64,000 bases of DNA, taken from Octopus vulgaris. Its lineage: Eukaryota. Where the stretch lies: positions 2,790,001-2,854,000 of the forward strand of contig OX597814.1 of assembly GCA_951406725.2 (NCBI GenBank), written 5' to 3'. Under the pieces are notes generated by a model. The model saw only the letters and a program-made list of their open reading frames with translations, did not search any database and was not told the origin of the DNA. Shown here piece after piece: positions 53,870 through 64,000 of the stretch. A program made the translations under genes and the position numbers. The stretch's first letter is position 1. Each line of letters begins with the position of its first letter.

Positions 53870-54503
53870 TTGCTTCAGTCATTAGACAGCGGCCATGCTG
53901 AGGCACCGCCTTGAATATTTTGTCGAATGAATCGACCGCAGTACTTGCTTTTTTTTTATTAAGCGTAGTATCTATTTTATCGGTTATTTTGTCGAACCAC
54001 TAAGTTATGGGGACTTAAGCATACCAATACCGGTTGTCAAACGGTTGTAGGGGACAAACAGACACAAAGACACACGCACACATAGATACGTACATACATA
54101 TATTCTTTTCTTCTTTTTTTTACTTGTTTTAGTCATTTGACTACGACCATGCTAGAGCATCACCTTTACTCGAATAAATCGTCTTCAGAACTTATTCTAT
54201 CTGTTTCTTTCGCCGAACCGATAAATTATGAGGATGTAAACACACCAACATCGGTTGTCAAGCGATGGTGGAAAGACAAACACAGTCACAAATACATACA
54301 TATATATAAAATATATATGTATATATATATATATACATTCGACGGGCTTCTTTCAGTTTCCGTTTACTAAATCCACTCACAAGGCTTTGGCCGGCCTGAG
54401 GCTATAGTAGAAGACACTTGCTCAAGATGCTACGCAATGGGACTGAACCTGAAACTACGTGGCTGGGAAGCAAGTGTCTTATCACACAGCCACTCCTGCG
54501 CCT
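53870..54503 (-). mobile_element. SINE family B with partially duplicated 3' half
   Basis: Reverse complement of family B; the 3' half occurs at 53870-54070 and 54120-54290. Confidence 0.8.
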
Positions 54504-54512
54504 ATATATATA

Positions 54513-55295
54513 TCGTGTTTCCTCGAAAAGAAGACCCTCTCCGAAAATAAGCCCTACCATGATTTTTCAGGATGTTTTTATATAAGCCCTATCCCGAAAA
54601 TAAGACCTAGTGAAAAATACATCGGCTTGTTAACAAGACCATGTGATGTTTGCAAGGTAAGCCACCTACCACAGCTTGGCTAAAGTCTGCGCTAAGCCTA
54701 CATGCACGGAGGTTAACTCCCTTGGCTTGACTCCCTTGTTCCCCAGGCAAGATGAGTGCAAAAATAAAGAGTTATTACGTGGAGTACAAGAAAGGAATTG
54801 TGGAAGAGTCACATAACAAGAATCTTACGGCTTTCTGTAAGGAGAAGATGTTGGATCTCCAAATGGGTCGAAAATAGCGAGCAGAGTGCGATAATCTCAG
54901 CAAACAGGTGGATGAGCCAAGTGCTAAGAAGTACAAGTGTGGATCAAGTCGACGACCGATATTTTCGGAGCTGGAAGATATCACCTTGGGATGGATTTCT
55001 GACAGAAGAACAAAGGCTTTGGTTTTGTATGCAGGGCTGATATTCAAGATATTCATCGCTCTTGCAATGGCACCACAGTTGGATATACCCCCAGAGATAT
55101 TCAAAGCGTCACCACATTGGTTGGATAACTTCCTTCGATGATATGAGCTCCTCTCTCTAAGAAGATCGACAACACTGTTCAAAGTGGAGGATGCTGAAGT
55201 GATTCAACGTGCACTTGCATTCAAGTCCTTTGTTGATGGGTTCGACGTTTCTAAATATAATCTCTCCCACATAATTGCTTTGGATGAGACTGAAG
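54513..55295 (+). mobile_element. 5' half of a pogo/Tigger-family transposon with transposase pseudogene (ATG 54752)
   Basis: TA|TCGTGTTTCCTCGAAAA end with repeated ccgaaaataag.cct; MSAKIKSYYVEYKKGIV...FSELED...WI...FKASPHWLDNFLR*YELLSLRRSTT...IIALDET (CENP-B-type HTH + first catalytic D). No right TIR seen. Confidence 0.85.
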
Positions 55296-56314
55296 ATCAA
55301 AATAGTAGGGGGTCACATCTATAGGACACACAACTAACCTTACTCTCGTAATTTAAGGTACTGATCCCATTTAAAGACAGAGGGACTTCTATACACAAAA
55401 AGCACTTCTACTGCGCCACTTCAGAGTGCCGATTACTGGTATTCTGCAACATTTATAAACATCCTAGGGACCCCAGGCTCCAATAATGCAAGCATACATA
55501 GAAGAGTGTTTGTGACTGTGTGATAAGAAGCTTGCTACCTAACCACACGGTTCAGAGCTCAGTCCCACTGCGTCGCACCTTGGGGCAGTATCTTCTAATA
55601 TAATCCCGGCTCCACCAAAGCTTAGTGTGTGGATTTGGTAAACGGAAATCGAAAGAAGCTCATCGTATATATAACTTTGTGTGTGTGTGTGGAGGCGCAC
55701 TGACCCAGTGGTTAGGGCAGCGGACTCACAGTAAAGGAAAAAAGCACCGCAATCGCAGACTGGCGTCCAGATCACATCTATGAGATATCGTTGCTATGAA
55801 ACAGACACACTTTGTAGACCAACAATGGACAAACGCAGACATACGTATCACGGAAAGTGCTACACACTATCATTGCATTTTCACACTAGATTGCCACTCT
55901 AACATCTAGAAGATCAACAATTACTATCTCCCAGACGTTCTGTTGTTTTTTTCTTTTGTTTATTTTTTGTTTCTTCCTTGCCTCTCTTATCTACGTTTTA
56001 TCAAACCTCTACGGGGTTTGTTTCCTAGAGAGAATTTGATGCCCAATCTAATAAGTGATGGTCATCTGAAGAAGCTGGTTTGTGTGACAAACTGATTGAT
56101 GGTCATCTGTCAGATCTGGTTAGCTACTCCACGAACTGATCGTCATTTGTGCACCAAGTTAACCCATTTGCACTTAGTTTTAGCGCCTCCGGAAACGTTC
56201 AGGATAAAATGACCCACTGTTGTATTTCCACTCCAAACCAGATGTGTCTAACAATTTTGATGAGCTCAATAGCTTTCACAAGGGAAAATTCAATTCCGGG
56301 CGTTGATCACCAGT

Positions 56315-56364
<50 letters not shown>

Positions 56365-57049
56365 AACACCTCAGGTGTTTCTTTATTCCATGCCATAAGA
56401 TCCTATTTAAACTTAGGAAGGGTTGGGTTTTTGCCAACGCCAATCATAAACCGTTTCCATAGACTCTGATTGAACCAGGAAATAACTATATCACAATGTC
56501 ACAACCTCATACTAATTCTTTGCATATTAAGGTTTCTTGGGAAGACTCGTGGCTTAGTGTTTAGGGTATTTGGCTCAAGATCGTAAGGTCGTGAGATCGA
56601 TTCCCGGTGGTGCATTCTGTCCTTCAGCAAGACACTTTACTCAGCAGGCAAAAATGAGTTGTACCTGTAATACAGAGGACCAGCCATGTCACGTTCTGTG
56701 TCACACTGAATCTCTCTGGAAAACTACGTTAAGGGGACGCGAACTTGTGGTGTGTTTAGGCACTTTCACGTTAATTTCACGAGCCGGCTGTTCCATTGAT
56801 CACATCAGCTGCAACCCTCGTCGTCGTAACCGACGGAATACCAGTTAAGGCCTCTCCCAGATTCGTAAAAATCTGCATATATACATGTATGCACATATTT
56901 ATAACCACATAATTTCATACATATACTTACGTAATTTACTCAAACTTGATCTATCTCTTAGTACAGTATGGAGTAGAGTCGCATCAAAAAGATTAAGATA
57001 AACCTACTTGGGAAATGGATGCGTGGCGTTCAACCAAATAATATATATA

Positions 57050-57112
<63 letters not shown>

Positions 57113-57130
57113 TATATATTTTATATATAT

Positions 57131-57301
57131 AGGGAGAGTTTACGAAAAAACAACAAAAGACGAAGACAGGTGGTGTACAAAACAAATAGATGTATAAGTA
57201 TAACGCCCAGGAATAGAAAAAGTCTTTTATGTTTCGAGCTTATGCTCTTCTACAGAAAGGGACACAGAAAATAAGAAGAGAAATGTGTGTAGTGGCTAAC
57301 G

Positions 57302-57305
<4 letters not shown>
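57131..57305 (-). mobile_element. Family H2 repeat with hammerhead at 57224-57259
   Basis: CTTT-CTGTAGA-A-GAGC-ataa-GCTC-GAAAC-ATA^AAAG; A6 substituted, so probably decayed. Confidence 0.65.
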
Positions 57306-57333
<28 letters not shown>

Positions 57334-57402
57334 ATATATATATGTCAGTAAATGATGGGGTTGTGTTAACCGCACGCGGAGAAATGTTAAGAGAGGAAAA
57401 AA

Positions 57403-57858
57403 TATAATAAGGCAGAATGCTAAATTGAAAGTAAATTTTAATAAAAATGGGTGTATGAAAACTTTAAAAAGGAAAAACAATAAATCATCCGGCTCTCATA
57501 GCAAGGCAAATTTTCAAGATCTGGAAGGGGAAAAATTTTTTTTAAACACTAACTTAAACACAAGCATCCTAATCCTCCAAAGAAGTTTTTCCAAGGTCTA
57601 ATATTGAATTCTAAAAACATAAGACACTACAATGTGTTGGTATAATTATTTATTAATTTGTGTATATATGTATAATAATTTTTTTGAAAAAAAAAACATT
57701 TCCCCTTCCTCAATTTAAAAAAAAAATTCCCCCTTCCAAATTTTGAAAATTTGCCATGCTATCAAAGCGGGTTTGATTTATTATTTTTTCTTTTTTAATT
57801 TTTCATACACCCATTTTTATTAAAATTTACTTTCAATTTAGCATTCTGCCTTATTATA
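57403..57858. mobile_element. MITE-like element with about 140-bp imperfect TIRs
   Basis: tataataaggcagaatgctaaattgaaagtaaattttaataaaaatgggtgtatgaaaa is inverted at the right end; no hammerhead seen. Confidence 0.85.
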
Positions 57859-58039
57859 ATTTTTCCTCTCCTGTATATATATATATATACATACTTATGC
57901 TTATATGGGTACAGGACGTCATCAACAGTAAACAACATGAATTACGAAAACAAATGAGTTCAATACGCAAGCAAAAAGAGAAACAAAAGAAAAACAGGAC
58001 AAGTAACATAAAGAACGACCCTTCATCAGGTGTCAGCTG

Positions 58040-58081
<42 letters not shown>

Positions 58082-58500
58082 TATATATACATATAATCAT
58101 ATATATGTGTGTGCTTGTCTGTGTGTGTCTCTGTGTGCGTCCTATGAATATGTTCCACTGATTATGGTGTTTGGCTCAGAATCAGAATCTTCTGGGTTCA
58201 CTTCTTGAACCAGTCGAGTACCGGTGCAGTCCCTCTCCTCTGCTCTAGTCCTATCTAGGTAAAAGAGTAGTGAATTCAGAATAGCGTCTGTTTCTCTTCG
58301 CAATTTCTATTATAGGCACCGAAAGACTTGCCAACAACATGGCACATCTAACCGAATGACATTCATTTGCAGACGGCAGCTGAACTTTTATGAAGTGAGA
58401 CAAAAGATCGAGAAATGCTGCGTGTAAACTCAGCTCTATTTATAAATTAAGAATTCTTTTATATAATTATTTACACCATCATTTTAATATTCATCTACGC

Positions 58501-58536
<36 letters not shown>

Positions 58537-58719
58537 GTGTGTGTGCGTGCGTGCGTGTGTGAGAGTGTGCGTATGTGTGTGAGTATGTGTGTATATGTGT
58601 ATGAGTGTTGTGCATGTGTGTGTGAGCGTGTGTGTGAATGTGCGTGTGTAAATGTAAATGTATGTGTATGTGTGTGCTTCTAAGTCTACGGCTTATCTAT
58701 AACTATGTATACATACATA

Positions 58720-59013
58720 TATCACACGATATCGACCGAATTATTGGATGTAATACATCGCTGGTCACAATGCGCTTTCCGTCATATTAGCTTTCCAATG
58801 ACACCATTCGGTGGGCTTGGCGAGGGGGCCAACATTGCCCCCGATCGGAAGGTTAGTTCGCCACATTGTGACCCATTTACAGCCGAGTGCACTGGAGCAA
58901 CAAAGAACGAAATGCTTCGCTCAAAAGAACAACACCGCAAGTTCGGTTCGGGAATCCAACTTGCGATTCAGCGATCGTGAGTGCCGCACCCGAACCACTG
59001 AGCCACGCCCCAC
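58720..59013 (-). mobile_element. SINE family D (tRNA head + CORE-like body)
   Basis: gtggctcagtggtt box A, gttggattcc box B, ctccagtgcactcggctgtaaatgggt. Confidence 0.75.
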
Positions 59014-59228
59014 AAAATATAGACATATACAGAGTTGCGTTAATGTTCAATTCTTCACGGAAATATTCCTTCATTTTCAACAATGACAAAGAACTTCACT
59101 TATACACTCAGTTCAACTAAAACTTCTCATAAACATATAAAAACACACACACACACGCACACACACACATACATATATATATATGTGTGTGTATGTATAT
59201 AAATATATATACATATATACATTATATG

Positions 59229-59346
<118 letters not shown>

Positions 59347-59350
59347 CATG

Positions 59351-59383
<33 letters not shown>

Positions 59384-59404
59384 ATATGTGCGTGTGTGTG
59401 TGTG

Positions 59405-59436
<32 letters not shown>

Positions 59437-59759
59437 AATGTATGTATGAATGTACGTATGTATGTATGTATAAATATATGTATATATATATATATCCTAA
59501 AATCGAACTAAAACAAAACAGTACCAAAAGTAAACATCGGTGCGACAAGAACAACTCGGAGACAACGATGAACATAAATCTTCTCTCTGAAGTTTACTAT
59601 TTACCATTCTATTAGAACGTAGTTCCAAAAATGGTCAATAGATTCCTGACTTGGTGAAGCTTTTATGATTCACCCCACCCCCACCTCACCTCTCTTTCTC
59701 TTTCATTCTCTTTCTTACAGTCACACAACTCTTTCTCCCTCTGTTTGTCTGCCCCCCCT

Positions 59760-59803
<44 letters not shown>

Positions 59804-60668
59804 ATCTCTCTCGGTTACTTTTTTCCCCTCTTCGTCTCTATTTTGTGAAGCACCACGCCACTATCACAAGAACACCGCATTCCCAATCGCTGTTTTAGTG
59901 TAACAAAAGGCCTTTGTTAGTAAGTTATTTACATCATTTTGTCAGTTTTATGTAGTCCGATGGCTTTTTGCTTAGTAAAGCTTTCTTCACGGCCTGAAAT
60001 CATGGAACTCTATGCGGCAGAGAAGACCAAACCAAACCATGTCGCCCATCAAATTGAAGATAAGCCAAAAATGTCATGTCCGTATTCACTTCCAGCTGGA
60101 GATAAAAGCAATTTTCGTTGAAATGTCTTCTGAGAGACCAAACCGATTCCTGTATTATGGAAAATCTATTTGATTGTATATAAACACTCACCTATGGCTC
60201 TATGTAAAGACGTATTTATGCTTATTTACGTATGCATGAATGCGTATATACCATATACATACATACATATATATACATATATATATGTATATAAATATAT
60301 ATATATGTATATATATACGGTGTATATGTTTTTATATATCAATGTACGTATGTATGTATAGCATATGTTTATGTTTGCGTATATGTATAGTGGTGAATTT
60401 TCCATCATGGCATCACAACGTCGACATGACGAACATCCCACTCGCAACTACGAAATGAAGACAACCAAATGTGTGTGTGTGTGTGCGTGTGTGTGTGTGT
60501 GTGTGAGTGTGTGTGTGTGTGCGTGTGCCTTTCACCTTCCAAGAGTTAATGTGCTAATGTTTTTGCTTTGGAGATACGTTTGATATTATGCGCGCATATA
60601 CACGCAAGCACACGCAGATGTATACATATAGGTGTAGGTGTGTTTATATATTGTTATGTATATGTATG

Positions 60669-60720
<52 letters not shown>

Positions 60721-60768
60721 TATATGTATATATATATGTATATATATATATATATATATGTATGTATA

Positions 60769-60814
<46 letters not shown>

Positions 60815-60909
60815 TACATACATGCGTACATACATGCATACAGATAATAAAGTTAGTATACAAGTTCACATATGCATACATATATGTGTACACGCGCGTA
60901 TATATATAT

Positions 60910-60967
<58 letters not shown>

Positions 60968-61008
60968 ATATATATATATATATATATATGCATGTATATA
61001 TATGCATG

Positions 61009-61048
<40 letters not shown>

Positions 61049-61149
61049 ATCGCTTAATATTTCTAATCAAACAATCGATAAACGTGGTCTTGGATGACAT
61101 ATTTCCATACTCCCTGTCCGAACCTCCGCCCAACCCTCTCCTCTCTCCC

Positions 61150-61201
<52 letters not shown>

Positions 61202-61529
61202 CGCTGTCTTTTCCATTCTATTCAACAAGTTGCCTATATCCACATCAAGAGACCAAATAACGCCAAACTCTCGTCTAACTTACCAAACTCTCATTCAGAC
61301 CAATTCCGACAAGCTTTGAATATTTTTTTTTTCTTTTCTCATTTATATCTTTATTATATTTGTTATTTATTTATTTACTGCTATCTGGAATTACCACAAA
61401 GATGAGGGAATGGCGCAGGTTTTAGGTTTTATAGCGTTTTGGTTTTTGAATTCGGCGTTTGTGTATTTCTTTTTCTGCGTTTTGTTCCATTCTGTTACAT
61501 GTATGTGTAAGCATATACATATGTATACA

Positions 61530-61563
<34 letters not shown>

Positions 61564-62913
61564 CACATTCATACACATATATCCATGCGTATATGCAAAT
61601 ATACATATGCATATATCAATATACGTATATATATATGTATGCATATATATGTAATATATACATATTTGTGTGTATATACACATATAAGCATACCTGTGAG
61701 TGTGTGTTTGTGTGTGTGTATGTGTATGTTTGTGTGTATTTGTGAGTGTGTGTGTGTTGGTGATTGTGTATGTGTGTGTCTGTGTCTACTACGCGATGCT
61801 CCCAACAAGGGCGCCATTTTGATGATCTGGAAAACGTCAAAGTAGATCTGTTTTGATGTTTATGAAGTTACCTATGGCTAACTCAGCTACAAACACATTC
61901 AATTCAGTGCGAACGTTATTACATTTATTTTGATAGATTCTCTCTTTTCTCTTGCCTTCCATAAACTATGTCATTAAAGCACGACAAAGCCCAAGCTAAA
62001 TAGCCTCGCCTGTTTTTGTTAGCTTTATTTTCCTTTCGCTATTTCCTGCAAAATATTGCTTAATGTTGGATTGTGTAGGATAATATTTTAACAATAATTG
62101 CAGAAGGGAGAATAACGTACGGATGAAATATATGTAAAATTTAAAATATGTATCAACTCCTAGTACAAATTCCGTGTAAAATAAAGACAATGTTATGAGC
62201 TGTGTATGTGTGTGTGTGTGGAGGTGGAGTGGGAGATCAAAGGTGTGTTTTATAAACCTTTTTTTCTCGGGGATTATTCTGTGTTTCATTTTATGTAAAT
62301 ATCTCGGCTTTCTTTCTATCCAACAAATCCTACACCGTTATGCATCTAAGCATGACTCTATCTATATACTATCTATCTAATTGCCCACTTCTATTACCCT
62401 TTCTCTATTTAGCTATCTTGTTGTGCATATATCTGGAAACTCCTGTATACCTCACAGTATATATACCTGCATACACACATACACATATGTCTGTTTGTAC
62501 GTGTGTTCTCTTTGCTATTGTATTAGGTGTGTGTTTTATGTTTACCGAAATGGTTAAGTGTAGTGAATGAGTCTGTTAACCAGTTTTATGTTGAGATGTT
62601 CTTATTCGGTAACATGACTTACCGTTGTTATAAGAAGAGAATGGAAGCGTGTGACGTTTCCTGCACTAGTGTTTAGGGTGTTGCACTAACAACCGTAAGA
62701 TTGTGGTTTCAATTCCTGGACTAGGTGGTGTATTGTGTTCTTGAGCAAAACACTTTTTAATGGCGGTGCCCCAGCATGGCCACAGCTCGTGGGCTGAAAC
62801 TAGATAAAATAAAAATTAAAAAACCAGTGGGACATAACGTAGCCAACATCAGTGGTTCGAGTTAGGCAAGTCTTATTTATTTGTAAATAAATTTTTATTC
62901 TATTAAATTAGAA

Positions 62914-63328
62914 GGGCGGTGAGCTGGCAGAACCGTTAGCACGCCGGGCGAAATGCTTTGCGGTATTTCGTCTGCCGCTACGTTCTGAGTTCAAATTCCG
63001 CCGAGGTCGACTTTGCCTTTCATCCTTTCGGGGTCGATAAATTAAGTACCAGTTACGCACTGCGGTCGATATAATCGACTTAATCCCTTTGTCTGTCCTT
63101 GTTTGTCCTCTCTGTGTCTAGCCCTTGTGGGTAGTAAAGAAATAGGTAATTCGTCTGCCGCTACGTTCTGAGTTCAAATTCCGCCGAGGTCGACTTTGCC
63201 TTTCATCCTTTCGGGGTCGATAAATTAAGTACCAGTTACGCACTGGGGTCGATATAATCGACCTAATCCGTTTGTTTGTCCTTGTTTGTCCCCTCTGTGT
63301 CTAGCCCCTTGTGGGTAGTAAAGAAATG
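62914..63328 (+). mobile_element. SINE family A head-to-tail dimer (second unit 5'-truncated)
   Basis: 62914-63144 full; 63145-63328 restarts at ggta.ttcgtctgccgctacg; the units are near-identical. Confidence 0.93.
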
Positions 63329-63833
63329 TAAATTAGAATATCATTACCAAGTAATGAATTAGCTTACTGCTTTTCTTGCCAGCCCTAGCTGCGTTTTACC
63401 ATAGGAGTTAAGTTCCATTATACTTTTACCCACCCACAAAACCCACCCGTATTTTCTAGCATTGTCGTGCTATCCTTGAACTCTGCATCCTTACAATTTC
63501 TCATCTCGCAGAACTCATTCTCACTGCCACGCTTCCACTTTATCCTGGCTTTAGAAATGTATTTGTTGGTCACCTTCAGACACAAACCTTCAACCGTTTC
63601 ACTGATTCCAAGATAGTTGTTCCACCGATGACTACGCCGGCGCCACCTTACCTTAATCGCGAGTAACTCAACATTCTTCATTTCCTTCATCAGTTTTTTT
63701 CTTCTGTTCTGTTTTACGATTCACGTCTGCCATCTCTAAAAGGGTCTGTCGACCACTTAGATATGTTTGCTTCAATAACCCCCACCCGTCTGCCAACCTT
63801 ACCACGTTCATCTTTTACTTAGCATCTTTACAT

Positions 63834-64000
<167 letters not shown>

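Noticed and set aside
56030-56510. Possible old mariner fragment (-)
   Set aside because: Only a vague KCKWV-like motif; no TIR or catalytic motif confirmed.
63418-63690. 90-aa ORF in non-repetitive sequence
   Set aside because: No recognisable domain or splice context; possibly an old LINE remnant.

Overview
AT-rich, microsatellite-saturated animal genomic DNA with no convincing host protein-coding exon. The SINE/LINE repertoire suggests an octopus (inferred from memory of these repeats, not from a search). Almost all ORF-track entries are translations of (TA)n, (GATA)n, (ACAT)n and (AAT)n repeats. The real content is mobile DNA: a young Tx1/L1-clade LINE (4 copies, all inside (GATA)n), R4/Dong-like LINE pieces in (TAA)n and next to (ACAT)n, RTE and CR1 remnants, a full-length mariner, pogo/Tc1/hAT/Helitron elements and several tRNA-derived SINE families. 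The most notable signal is a set of at least four non-coding interspersed families that each carry a minimal type I hammerhead ribozyme fold; three of them are integrated as tandem and/or tail-inverted (fold-back) copies, reminiscent of Penelope-like elements and retrozymes. One family has a tRNA (Pol III) head and is bounded by target-site duplications. Two others carry compensatory catalytic-core variants (G3-C8, U3-A8). All folds were read by eye and self-cleavage is untested.
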